From the NCBI GenBank assembly GCA_963845275.1, contig CAWJRR010000002.1, positions 204,901 to 268,900 of the forward strand: a DNA stretch of 64,000 nucleotides. Direction: 5' to 3'. The notes beneath the pieces were generated by a model. The model did not search any database, was not told the DNA's origin, and was given only the letters and a program-made list of their open reading frames with translations. Positions 1 to 9,212 of the stretch are shown piece after piece (position 1 is the stretch's first letter; each line of letters begins with the position of its first letter). Both the position numbers and the translations under genes were made by a program. The DNA is from Candidatus Bathyarchaeota archaeon (GTDB lineage Archaea; Thermoproteota; Bathyarchaeia; 40CM-2-53-6).

Positions 1-131
1 GAATTGGCCCGCTTGTTGGAAATGAAGCAAAATCCTGCAAATTTTGCCGCGTGTTTGTCAATGATTTGCCGTATTCGGTCAAGATTCGTTAAATATCGTC
101 AGATACGGCTTAATCAACAATCTTCAGAGAT

Positions 132-3100
132 GTGCATAGATTGAATGCTTTACGCAGAATACGATACGCAGTCACATTACTCTTGATCATCATGGCGTTA
201 TTCGTCACAACGGAATCGGCCTTCCTAGCGTATGTTCATGCCGCTCCGTCAGTTACGCTGACTCCGACCCACGCAATTCCCGGAACTTTGATCACCGTCA
301 CCCTTGCAGCCTTTGATCCGGCGGACACAGCTTGCACGGTTTCAGGTGTACCCGTGGGCAGTGTCTCATCTTGCACCATAGGTGGCGGTGCAACCTTTAC
401 GGTTAAGCAGTATGCTCCTAAAGGAGCTTACACTATTACTGTAACAGGTAACGCGAAGGGTGATTCGGGGCAGGCCACTTTCACTGTTGACGGTTTCAAT
501 CTCGTACTGAGTGCGGTTTCCGGTGCACCTGGGTTAGAAGTAACGTTCACTTTGAGCAACGTTCCCACTTACGATACATCCTGTTCAGTTTCAGGTCAAC
601 CCCCGGGCGTAGTGACAATTCCAGGGTGTGCTGTCAGCAGTGGAGTGGGAAACGGAACTTTCATCGTCGGCAACGTTCCGCCTGGTGACTACGTCATTGA
701 GGTTACAGCTTGTACTGGCAACAATGGCTGCGCTCCCAGCGCGGGTGATTTCGCGCAACAAGTATTCACAGTCACTGGTACCCGTGGACCGTACATTCAG
801 CTTACGGGGATTACTGGTGGCTTTGCAAGTGTCGGTAAAGCAGCCAAGGGTCCGGTGGGAACCCACGTGAGTGTTGAAGGGGCCAATTTCGCGGCTACTG
901 ATACTACGTGCACGTTATCAAGTCCGTCTAATGGTGCAATCATTGTGAATGGAGCCTGTTCAACATTTACAACCAGTTCTGGCAGCCAGAACGTTACTGG
1001 TAGTTTTGTCGTTGGTAACGTTCAGGAGGGCCAATATGTGATTCAGGTTACTGGTAATACAGGCGATAGGGCTCAAGCTGTTTTCAACGTAACCGCTGGG
1101 GCCTTCATTCAGTTGGGAGTTAACGGTATCATTGCTCCTCTGGGACAAGTGGCTAGTGGTGTGACGGGTACGCATGTTACCATTGAAGGGTCAAGCTTCC
1201 TTCCTCAAGATGCTAATAGTGGAACCTGTTCGATTTCTAGTCCTAGTTCCGGAACCGTGATTGCGTCTGGTAGTGGAGCGTGTTCGTTCTTCAAGGCTTC
1301 TAATGGATTTGCTAACGTTACGGGTAGTTTTGTTGTGGGTAACGTTGCTGAGGGTCAGTATGTGATTCAGGTTAGTGGTAGTGCAGGCGATAGGGCTCAA
1401 GCTGTTTTCAACGTAACCGCTGGGGCCTTCATTCAGTTGGGAGTTAACGGTATCATTGCTCCTCTGGGACAAGTGGCTAGTGGTGTGACGGGTACGCATG
1501 TTACCATTGAAGGGTCAAGCTTCCTTCCTGGGGACGCTAACAGTGGAACTTGTACGATTTCAAGTCCTAGTAGTGGGACGGTGATTGCTTCTGGTAGCGC
1601 GGCTTGCACGTTCTTCAAGTCTACTACGGCACCTTTCAATGGTTTCGTGAACGTTACGGGTAGTTTCACTGTGGGTAACGTTGCTGAGGGTCAGTATGTG
1701 ATTCAGGTTAGTGGTAGTGCAGGCGATAGGGCTCAAGCTGTTTTCAACGTAACCGCTGGGGCCTTCATTCAGTTGGGAGTTAACGGTATCATTGCTCCTC
1801 TGGGACAAGTGGCTAGTGGTGTGACGGGTACGCATGTTACCATTGAAGGGTCAAGCTTCCTTCCTGGGGACGCTAACAGTGGAACTTGTACGATTTCAAG
1901 TCCTAGTAGTGGGACGGTGATTGCTTCTGGTAGCGCGGCTTGCACGTTCTTCAAGTCTACTACGGCACCTTTCAATGGTTTCGTGAACGTTACGGGTAGT
2001 TTTGTTGTGGGTAACGTTGCTGAGGGTCAGTATGTGATTCAGGTTAGTGGTAGTGCAGGCGATAGGGCTCAAGCTGTTTTCAACGTAACCGCTGGGGCCT
2101 TCATTCAGTTGGGAGTTAACGGTATCATTGCTCCTCTGGGACAAGTGGCTAGTGGTGTGACGGGTACGCATGTTACCATTGAAGGGTCAAGCTTCCTTCC
2201 TGGGGACGCTAACAGTGGAACTTGTACGATTTCAAGTCCTAGTAGTGGGACGGTGATTGCTTCTGGTAGCGCGGCTTGCACGTTCTTCAAGACTTCTAGT
2301 GGTTTCGTGAACGTTACGGGTAGTTTTGTTGTGGGTAACGTTGCTGAGGGTCAGTATGTGATTCAGGTTAGTGGTAGTGCAGGCGATAGGGCTCAAGCTG
2401 TTTTCAACGTAACCGCTGGGGCCTTCATTCAGTTGGGAGTTAACGGTATCATTGCTCCTCTGGGACAAGTGGCTAGTGGTGTGACGGGTACGCATGTTAC
2501 CATTGAAGGGTCAAGCTTCCTTCCTGGGGACGCTACTAGTGGAACTTGTACGATTTCAAGTCCTAGTAGTGGGACGGTGATTGCTTCTGGTAGCGCGGCT
2601 TGCACGTTCTTCAAGTCTACTACGGCACCTTTCAATGGTTTCGTGAACGTTACGGGTAGTTTCACTGTGGGTAACGTTGCTGAGGGTCAGTATGTGATTC
2701 AGGTTAGTGGTAGTGCAGGCGATAGGGCTCAAGCTGTTTTCAACGTAACCGCTGGGGCCTTCATTCAGTTGGGTGTCAACGGTATCTTTGCTCCTCTAGG
2801 GAAGGCGGCTAGTGCTACTACGGGTACGCATGTTAGTATTGAAGGGTCGAACTTCCTTCCTCGGGACGCTACTAGTGGAACTTGTACGATTTCTAGTCCC
2901 AGTGCCGGGACCGTGATTGCTTCTGGTAGCGCGGCTTGCACGTTCTTCAAGACTTCTAGTGGGTTCGTGAATGCTACGGGTAGTTTCACTGTGGGTAACG
3001 CTCTTGAAGGTCAGTATGTGATTCAGGTTAGTGGTAGTGCGGGTGACCGCGCGCAGGCAATTTTGAACGTGACACGTGGAGCCTTCGTTCAGCTTGGAGT

Positions 3101-5261
3101 TAACAGTATCTTTGCTCCGCTTGGTCAGGTTTCTAGTGGGGCTATAGGGGCGCATGTGGCTGTTGAAGGTTCATACTTCCAACCCGGTGATACTTCATGT
3201 ACAATATCAAGCCCCTCAGGTATAGTGATCGCGGCGGGTTGCTCCACTTTCAAGACTCCTGGTGGTTTCATGAACGTTACGGGTAGCTTCACTGTTGGTA
3301 ACGTTGTTCCAGGTCAGTACGTAATTCAAGTGTCGGGTAGCACAGGGGACTTCGCGCAATCAGTATTCAACGTCACGATGGGGGCGGTAATTTACCTGAA
3401 TCCAACGTCAGGTAAACCGGGAGCTGACATTAGTTTCTATGGAAAAGGATTCCTACCAACAGACACTTCATGCGTCGTTTCAAGTCCAGGTTCAAGTGCA
3501 GTTCTGACTGGAAGCGGAGCTTGTTCCATACGTGCAGGGCAGGGAAATGTGAGCGGTAGCTTCCTCGTCGGCAATGCCTTGCCAGGCCAGTACGTGATCC
3601 AAGTCACTGGCAACCAAGGAGATTTCGCGCAAGCAGTGTTGACCGTAGTGAATGGCCCTAGACTGTACTTGAGTCCAGGCACTGGTCGTCAGGGTGATGA
3701 TATACTCGTTAATGGTACTATGTTCCTGCCCACGGACACTTCATGCACCCTCATAAGCGGCTCAACTAACTCTTTCAACCCAATTCTGCCCGACTCGGGA
3801 GCCGTAGCGATAGAGGTGGGAACCGGATTAGTGAATGGCAGCTTCATAATTGGACCCGTGCCGCCAGGCCAGTATGTGATCCAAGTAACCTGTAACCAGG
3901 GAGATTCCGCGCAAGCAGTGTTGCGAGTCATAGGTGGAACGCCCTCCATACAGCTCTTCCCAAGCAACGCTCCAACTGGAGCAACAGTCACCGTCATAGC
4001 TTATGGGCTCTCACCATCTGACACAGGGTGCTATCTTGTAGCCTACGTTAGGTCAGATCCGTCGGCAACCCCACCGTTTCCGGGGGCGCCTAGCAACACT
4101 TTGATGACAGGGTCTTCGACATGTTCCATCACAATTCCGCAGACCGCACAGGGCAGCTTCGTTGTGGGCCCGTACGCTACTACAAACATTCCATATAACG
4201 TAACAGTGGTAGGTACTCCTACAAACGATATTGTTGGACAGTACAACCCATGCGGTAACGCTGGCTGTACCGGTTACGCGACTTTTGGAGTGTGGGCGCC
4301 GTTTACAGTAACTCCTAGCATATTTGTCACTCCGCCTACAGGGACTAGGGGTTCAGTATTCACGTACACTGGATCAGGATTCGAGTCCGACGCAACCAGT
4401 TGTACCGCTACCATAATCCCATCCATAAGCCCGACAGCACCAGGCTGCTACATCTCCGGCGGGATTGGGCAAGTTGCAGGATCCGTTACTGCTACTTCGA
4501 CCGCGGTTTCTGGAACTTACGGAATAGTGATAACTGATAACACTGGGGCAACCGCTACAGGCTTCTTCACCGTTGGCACTCCGTCTGCGTTGCTAGTGTT
4601 GAATCCAGCCACTGTACAGCAGAGTCAGCCAGTGGGATTTGCAGCAACAGGCCTGAACCCAGACGACACGAGTTGCACTATAACGGCGGGTGGTACACCG
4701 CCCTGGACAGTGGCGCCCGACTGTTCAATCGCGGGCGGATATGCTTCCGGCTCGTTCACGGTAAAAGATACTGCTCCTGGTGGATACTATTTGATTACGG
4801 TCACTGGTGATAAGGGTGATTTTGCTTCGAACTTCTTAGCCGTTGAGTTGCAGAGCACCGTAACCACGTACAGTACAACCTCAACCACGTCAACAACGAG
4901 CACTTCACTAACGACGACGACAACTTCTGTGGCAACCTCCTACTCTTACTCAAGCACGACGGTCCAGACGACGGGCATCTACTACAGCACCTTTACGCAT
5001 GCGACGTTGACAACTGTTTCCGGGCCAACTACAACGAGCCTAAGCATAAGCACAACAACTACGCAGACTCAGACGTCAGTCTTACAAACGATAACAACAT
5101 CGTTCACGACAGTGTCATGCGGTCCACTGCCATGCGGATTCGCAATAAAGCCTCAGGGTATGGATCAGGGTATAAATCTGGGGCCGTTCGCTGATAATGT
5201 TGGACTGTTGGCGGTGTTGCTGTTGATTGTGCCCATGCTCTTGAGGAGGTTATTCTCTTGA
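132..5261 (+). CDS. Giant secreted cell-surface (S-layer/adhesin-like) protein: at least 15 tandem Ig-like (IPT/TIG-like by pattern) domains, Thr/Ser-rich stalk, C-terminal membrane anchor
   Basis: 1709-aa GTG-start ORF. It has an N-terminal hydrophobic signal-like segment (AVTLLLIIMALFVTT...HAAPS). The ~100-112 aa modules each carry a Cys pair and end in GQYVIQV(S/T)G..GD.AQAVFNVT, with conserved N-x-T sequons (VNVTG, FNVT). A Thr/Ser-rich tract spans ~4855-5100. The C-terminus is LGPF + hydrophobic helix + RR. Confidence 0.8.
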   Translation: MHRLNALRRIRYAVTLLLIIMALFVTTESAFLAYVHAAPSVTLTPTHAIPGTLITVTLAAFDPADTACTVSGVPVGSVSSCTIGGGATFTVKQYAPKGAYTITVTGNAKGDSGQATFTVDGFNLVLSAVSGAPGLEVTFTLSNVPTYDTSCSVSGQPPGVVTIPGCAVSSGVGNGTFIVGNVPPGDYVIEVTACTGNNGCAPSAGDFAQQVFTVTGTRGPYIQLTGITGGFASVGKAAKGPVGTHVSVEGANFAATDTTCTLSSPSNGAIIVNGACSTFTTSSGSQNVTGSFVVGNVQEGQYVIQVTGNTGDRAQAVFNVTAGAFIQLGVNGIIAPLGQVASGVTGTHVTIEGSSFLPQDANSGTCSISSPSSGTVIASGSGACSFFKASNGFANVTGSFVVGNVAEGQYVIQVSGSAGDRAQAVFNVTAGAFIQLGVNGIIAPLGQVASGVTGTHVTIEGSSFLPGDANSGTCTISSPSSGTVIASGSAACTFFKSTTAPFNGFVNVTGSFTVGNVAEGQYVIQVSGSAGDRAQAVFNVTAGAFIQLGVNGIIAPLGQVASGVTGTHVTIEGSSFLPGDANSGTCTISSPSSGTVIASGSAACTFFKSTTAPFNGFVNVTGSFVVGNVAEGQYVIQVSGSAGDRAQAVFNVTAGAFIQLGVNGIIAPLGQVASGVTGTHVTIEGSSFLPGDANSGTCTISSPSSGTVIASGSAACTFFKTSSGFVNVTGSFVVGNVAEGQYVIQVSGSAGDRAQAVFNVTAGAFIQLGVNGIIAPLGQVASGVTGTHVTIEGSSFLPGDATSGTCTISSPSSGTVIASGSAACTFFKSTTAPFNGFVNVTGSFTVGNVAEGQYVIQVSGSAGDRAQAVFNVTAGAFIQLGVNGIFAPLGKAASATTGTHVSIEGSNFLPRDATSGTCTISSPSAGTVIASGSAACTFFKTSSGFVNATGSFTVGNALEGQYVIQVSGSAGDRAQAILNVTRGAFVQLGVNSIFAPLGQVSSGAIGAHVAVEGSYFQPGDTSCTISSPSGIVIAAGCSTFKTPGGFMNVTGSFTVGNVVPGQYVIQVSGSTGDFAQSVFNVTMGAVIYLNPTSGKPGADISFYGKGFLPTDTSCVVSSPGSSAVLTGSGACSIRAGQGNVSGSFLVGNALPGQYVIQVTGNQGDFAQAVLTVVNGPRLYLSPGTGRQGDDILVNGTMFLPTDTSCTLISGSTNSFNPILPDSGAVAIEVGTGLVNGSFIIGPVPPGQYVIQVTCNQGDSAQAVLRVIGGTPSIQLFPSNAPTGATVTVIAYGLSPSDTGCYLVAYVRSDPSATPPFPGAPSNTLMTGSSTCSITIPQTAQGSFVVGPYATTNIPYNVTVVGTPTNDIVGQYNPCGNAGCTGYATFGVWAPFTVTPSIFVTPPTGTRGSVFTYTGSGFESDATSCTATIIPSISPTAPGCYISGGIGQVAGSVTATSTAVSGTYGIVITDNTGATATGFFTVGTPSALLVLNPATVQQSQPVGFAATGLNPDDTSCTITAGGTPPWTVAPDCSIAGGYASGSFTVKDTAPGGYYLITVTGDKGDFASNFLAVELQSTVTTYSTTSTTSTTSTSLTTTTTSVATSYSYSSTTVQTTGIYYSTFTHATLTTVSGPTTTSLSISTTTTQTQTSVLQTITTSFTTVSCGPLPCGFAIKPQGMDQGINLGPFADNVGLLAVLLLIVPMLLRRLFS
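1095..3074. repeat. Six near-identical in-frame tandem DNA repeats (unit lengths 324, 336, 336, 324, 336, 324 bp) inside the surface-protein gene
   Basis: The unit start GCTGGGGCCTTCATTCAG recurs at 1095, 1419, 1755, 2091, 2415 and 2751, with a diverged copy at about 3075. The 12-bp length difference is the TTAPFN versus TSS indel. More diverged copies flank both sides (~780-3650). Confidence 0.9.
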
Positions 5262-6331
5262 AGTTGAAACTTCGCGAAGTTGCTCTGACGTTAGTACTGT
5301 TGCTTGCAATCTTAGGAGCTATCGTTGCCCTCAACACGCCTGCAAGCGCAACATTGGGTGTTGCCTCGTGTGGTGTCTCAGGTTGTGTTTCTACACCGCC
5401 GCTAAGCTCATCAACAAGCTACTCATACTCGGGCACTAGTGTAGTTAAGTTCACAACGACCAGTTCCACAATTTCCTCTTCCATCTCAAGTTCAACAACT
5501 ACTACAACCGTAACCACTACCTCCACTTCTTGGAGTTATACGAGCTCACAGTCAACTACCACTACATCAACATCTTATTCGACGTCGATCACGGGAACAC
5601 TAACAAGTTCTATTACGAACTGGATAACCGAGCCGAGCACTACTACGACGACATCGGTGTACACGACTATCGCCACGGTGAAAGGAACCGCGGTACCATA
5701 TTGCCCCGTATCATACGTAACCGGGGGTAGCCCGCTTGAGCCCTACGCGAATTTCCTCCGCAACTTCCGCAACAACGATATTCAGAATACTACGGCTGGG
5801 CGCGAGTTTATGCTCGCCTTCAACACTTGGTACTACAGTTGGGCGCCTTCACTATCATACTCCGCAGCAATCAATCCGTGGGTATACAGGGCAGTACAGC
5901 TTGGAGTCTATCCGCTCATCGGCGTCCTCTACGCATCTTACTACTCATACTCTGCCATAGCACCCATCAATGCCGAAGCAGGAGCCATATTCGCGGGAAT
6001 TGTTGCGGCGTCCCTTATGGGAGTAGTCTACTTGGCACCTATCGCATATCTCGCCACCAGGCTGATCAGACGGCATGGTAAATGGCTCATCTCAAAACAG
6101 GTCGCCTTCTCTTCAATCACATGGTTCGCGGCAAGCTTGGTTCTCTGTGTTACAGCATATGCGACAAGCTCGGGACAACTGTTGGCCGTGGGCACGTCAA
6201 GCATGGCGCTTTCAATGCTCGCCCTTGGAAGCCAACTTGGAACTAGAGCCCTCACCTTCGTACAGTTGCCATCCGCAAACCTAGCCAACTCCGTGCTCGC
6301 GTTCAGACGTCTCTCGAAGGCACACTTCTAA
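5258..6331 (+). CDS. Membrane protein: N-terminal signal/anchor, Ser/Thr-rich stalk, C-terminal polytopic domain; translationally coupled to the giant surface protein
   Basis: The TTG start overlaps the upstream TGA (TTGA). It has an N-terminal hydrophobic segment (LTLVLLLAILGAIVAL), a long S/T-rich low-complexity region, and several hydrophobic helices in the C-terminal ~200 aa. No family recognised. Confidence 0.6.
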   Translation: MKLKLREVALTLVLLLAILGAIVALNTPASATLGVASCGVSGCVSTPPLSSSTSYSYSGTSVVKFTTTSSTISSSISSSTTTTTVTTTSTSWSYTSSQSTTTTSTSYSTSITGTLTSSITNWITEPSTTTTTSVYTTIATVKGTAVPYCPVSYVTGGSPLEPYANFLRNFRNNDIQNTTAGREFMLAFNTWYYSWAPSLSYSAAINPWVYRAVQLGVYPLIGVLYASYYSYSAIAPINAEAGAIFAGIVAASLMGVVYLAPIAYLATRLIRRHGKWLISKQVAFSSITWFAASLVLCVTAYATSSGQLLAVGTSSMALSMLALGSQLGTRALTFVQLPSANLANSVLAFRRLSKAHF

Positions 6332-6434
6332 TCTCTCCCTTTTTCTAGGGATTACGAGTTCGTCGTTACCGAATGACACATGATTAATCGTTAACATTCA
6401 GTGTACACAATCATCGATTCTCTCAATCTCGTCG

Positions 6435-6524
6435 TCTCTAGCAGAATAGTGTTAAGATGCGAAAATCGCGCCCACTGATTGTACAATTAGTGTGCAATCT
6501 CCATCTCTAGCAGAATAGTGTTAA
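6435..6524 (+). promoter_or_regulatory. Duplicated 21-bp element TCTCTAGCAGAATAGTGTTAA (6435-6455 and 6504-6524); the second copy runs into a TATA-like TTAAAATAAG about 30 bp upstream of the 6558 start
   Basis: Exact 21-nt direct repeat read from the sequence, spaced 69 bp start to start. An A/T box at 6521-6530 sits at a typical archaeal promoter distance from the ATG at 6558. Confidence 0.45.
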
Positions 6525-6557
6525 AATAAGAATGGATGCATACCTGTCAAGATCAAC

Positions 6558-7220
6558 ATGAAAAGCCGAGTCAGCATCTATCTTGTGCTCGTAGCTGTTT
6601 TCATAATTGCTCAACCCATTATTGCACAGACGTTCGGTGCCACATTGGTATATTACGGTGACCAGAACATTGAACAGTGGTCAGGCACTATTGGCGGAGA
6701 CCTCGTTCAAGCTTACGTCACATTCACGGTAAATACGCCAACTATCCTACAATCAATCTCAATGTATGTACAGTATTCCGGTTCAGATGGTAGTCAATGT
6801 ATGTATTTCGGAGTCTACCAGGACAACGGTAGTGGGACCCCTGCGGGTCAACCGCTTGTTGCCGCTACAAGTCATGCCTACTGCCTCAGAGCTGCAGCAA
6901 CCTGGGGTCCAGGTTGGCTAACGTGGAAACTTTTCCCTTCTGACTATATGGCCATTTTAACTCCTGGAACTTACTGGCTCTGCACTCTAGCTCGTCAAAC
7001 GTACGGAACGATTTTCCACTATTCATATACTGGCGCATACGACTGGACTTACGGGTACTCGGATTACTTCTTCGTGGCGCCCTTTGCTAATGGCTTTCCA
7101 CAATACTTCAGCACTACCCCCGCGTCAGAAACAATTGGCCCATTCAGTTTCTACGCAGACTGGTACCTCATCCTAAGTCAAAGGGTGACTCAGTCCAGTC
7201 AGATGCATAGTTCAGCATAA
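6558..7220 (+). CDS. Secreted hypothetical protein
   Basis: 220-aa ORF with an N-terminal signal-like segment (SIYLVLVAVFIIAQPIIAQT). Aromatic-rich, no recognised motif. Confidence 0.55.
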   Translation: MKSRVSIYLVLVAVFIIAQPIIAQTFGATLVYYGDQNIEQWSGTIGGDLVQAYVTFTVNTPTILQSISMYVQYSGSDGSQCMYFGVYQDNGSGTPAGQPLVAATSHAYCLRAAATWGPGWLTWKLFPSDYMAILTPGTYWLCTLARQTYGTIFHYSYTGAYDWTYGYSDYFFVAPFANGFPQYFSTTPASETIGPFSFYADWYLILSQRVTQSSQMHSSA

Positions 7221-7238
7221 AACTAAGTAGACCGCCTA

Positions 7239-7829
7239 GTGCCGTTGAAGGGCATGCATCGTCGTTCATTACTGTTGACGCTGTTCCTAGTTCTTCTCTG
7301 CAGCAGCACGTCGGCGGTGTTTGCTCAAACCAATTCCCAGCTCCAGCTAACTATGATCGGAAACGGGGCGGGACCGTACTACGCCCCAGTGGGGCAAACC
7401 ACCCAGCTGAAGATCGAGATCCTGAATCTTGGTCCAAGCGATGTCTTCCTAGTTCGAGGTGAGGCATATCTTGATCCCGACTTGAATGGTAACTGGCTGC
7501 TTACCCATTCGGAGGACCTCGGCAACTTTCACCTCACTAAGTTAGAGTCCGCAATATGGACGTTCGAATTGCCGATGCCATCTCACGTTCGGGCTCAGAA
7601 CATCACCAGCGGTGTCCCACAAGTTGAATTGCTAGCGAAAATAATGTACTCAACTGCTGATGGGAAACAGCAAAGCGCAGACGGCCAGTTTCTTCTGAGT
7701 GTTCCTGGAGCAGCCCCGCGTACGGACTATTCGGTTTACCTAATAATTCTAGGATTGGTACTCGTGGCTGTTGTAGTAATCATCGTCAGAAATGTCAGGT
7801 CTCGATCGATAAGAAAGGCGCAGTCCTAA
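7239..7829 (+). CDS. Secreted hypothetical protein with C-terminal transmembrane anchor
   Basis: 196-aa ORF (GTG; alternative ATG at 7254). It has an N-terminal signal (LLLTLFLVLLCSSTSAVFAQ), a C-terminal helix (VYLIILGLVLVAVVVIIV) and a basic tail. The beta-rich middle resembles CARDB/NEW3-type domains only loosely. Confidence 0.55.
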   Translation: MPLKGMHRRSLLLTLFLVLLCSSTSAVFAQTNSQLQLTMIGNGAGPYYAPVGQTTQLKIEILNLGPSDVFLVRGEAYLDPDLNGNWLLTHSEDLGNFHLTKLESAIWTFELPMPSHVRAQNITSGVPQVELLAKIMYSTADGKQQSADGQFLLSVPGAAPRTDYSVYLIILGLVLVAVVVIIVRNVRSRSIRKAQS

Positions 7830-7908
7830 CCCGTACTTCTGCATCTCATGGCGTCAGTGTGCAGATACACCTTATATGAAAAGTGGCTCTCTAGGTATCG
7901 TGTAAGAT

Positions 7909-8472
7909 TTGCCAAGAAAGAGACACCGTAAAAAACGGAGCAGAAAGAAACTTGTCATAGGCTTAATCATACTGATTATGGTTGTGCCAGTTCTCTGGTT
8001 TCTCAGTTATGGTCTAACAAACAAGCCATTAGTTGAATTCACTTTTGGTGGCGCTTCAGACATTCGTGTAAGCTACAGTTTGAACGCGATGACTGAGGCT
8101 CAACCAGGCACCATTGATATTATCAACGTGCTCATTCGAAATAGAGGTCTCACGGATATTTCCGTAATTGTCACGGTCCATGCCGAAAACGCGTTACTTT
8201 CACCAAGCTACAGCGGTCCCTACAATAATATGGCAAGCGACGAAATAGTGGCTTTTGCCAACGGCGAATACCGCTACGTAACTTTCTACCTGACATTGCA
8301 AACCCAGGTCTCTTCTTTCACGATTTGGTGCGACGTAGCCAAAATAATTGATTTTTCGACTGTTTCATCCTCCATGGCAACGACTTTTGGAGAAATCAGC
8401 CCGATCGCTCCAATCCTCTTGGCGTACAAACAGAGTTCGTCGAACCCAGACACTTACCAGCTTGCGCAGTAG
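7909..8472 (+). CDS. N-terminally membrane-anchored hypothetical protein
   Basis: 187-aa TTG-start ORF with a very basic N-terminus (PRKRHRKKRSRKK) followed by a TM helix (LVIGLIILIMVVPVLWFL). Confidence 0.5.
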   Translation: MPRKRHRKKRSRKKLVIGLIILIMVVPVLWFLSYGLTNKPLVEFTFGGASDIRVSYSLNAMTEAQPGTIDIINVLIRNRGLTDISVIVTVHAENALLSPSYSGPYNNMASDEIVAFANGEYRYVTFYLTLQTQVSSFTIWCDVAKIIDFSTVSSSMATTFGEISPIAPILLAYKQSSSNPDTYQLAQ

Positions 8473-8627
8473 CAAAATCCTCGCAGAATATTGCATCGTT
8501 CTTGTATACTGCAACAATCGGAATCCGTAGTGGTTTATAGCTAGCTCCCCGAACTGCAATAGCGTTCAACATGTCTCAGCGTATACCATTCAATGCTGTC
8601 TGTGTTTACTCTTAGTGGCCGCTTTGG

Positions 8628-8918
8628 TTGATTCCGCAGAATGTGTTCTCTTCTACTCAATCTAGATTGATTTATGGATCTGTAATTAGCGCGATCAGCG
8701 GTCGACCAATTGCCGGAGCGGCAGTGACTGTGAATAATTGCGCTACCAGCCAGTCGACGGCAACTGGACCTGATGGGTCATGGCAGTTGAATTTTCTCGA
8801 AGCAACGTACGGCACGCTAAGTTTCTCCTCTTCAGGTTATAGGACTCAGACGTATGAGATTACGTATAACGCAAAGTTGGTTTACGCAGGCGGCATAGTT
8901 TCTCTAACGCCAGTTTGA
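8628..8918 (+). CDS. Small carboxypeptidase-regulatory-like (CarboxypepD_reg) beta-sandwich domain protein
   Basis: 96-aa TTG-start ORF. The pattern IYGSVISAISGRPIAGAAVTV...TATGPDGSWQL...YGTLSFSSSGY matches the classic domain signature. No signal peptide, so it may be a fragment. Confidence 0.4.
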   Translation: MIPQNVFSSTQSRLIYGSVISAISGRPIAGAAVTVNNCATSQSTATGPDGSWQLNFLEATYGTLSFSSSGYRTQTYEITYNAKLVYAGGIVSLTPV

Positions 8919-9031
8919 CATAGAAACGTCTCCTAGTGCCTTGAAGCTGAATCGAGAATATCCTCGAAGAAGAAACAATTCCAAACATTTTGCCATACCT
9001 GTAATATAGTTGATTTCTCTTCGAGGTTAGT

Positions 9032-9208
9032 ATGATGTCGTCGAATTCGGAAACTAGACTTCGCGCGGCTATTCAGAAACTAACAGAAGCCATATGGAAT
9101 CTCGACCAAATCGAATTCATGTCACCAGAAGTGAAAGAGGAATATGCATCCATTCAACGCACGCGCGAGAAATTGATGACGCTGGTTAAGTACAAGGGCG
9201 AAGTCTGA
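9032..9208 (+). CDS. Possible small helical protein (58 aa)
   Basis: ATG ORF below the track threshold (MMSSNSETRLRAAIQKLTEAIWNLDQIEF...KYKGEV). It fills an otherwise empty gap. No motif. Confidence 0.25.
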   Translation: MMSSNSETRLRAAIQKLTEAIWNLDQIEFMSPEVKEEYASIQRTREKLMTLVKYKGEV

Positions 9209-9212
9209 ATAA

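Noticed and set aside
1095-3074. Possible CRISPR array or satellite
   Set aside because: The units are 324/336 bp, contiguous without spacers, in frame, and encode protein domains. This is not CRISPR-like.
591-4246. Many 60-120 aa minus-strand and alternative-frame ORFs, several repeating every 324/336 bp (e.g. 1191-1499, 1560-1835, 1896-2171, 2232-2495)
   Set aside because: They lie entirely inside the 1709-aa gene and repeat only because the coding DNA repeats. They have no independent motifs.
5530-6288. Nested ORFs in other frames or on the other strand within the 5258-6331 gene
   Set aside because: They overlap a longer ORF with coherent signal, stalk and TM architecture, and their composition is low-complexity.
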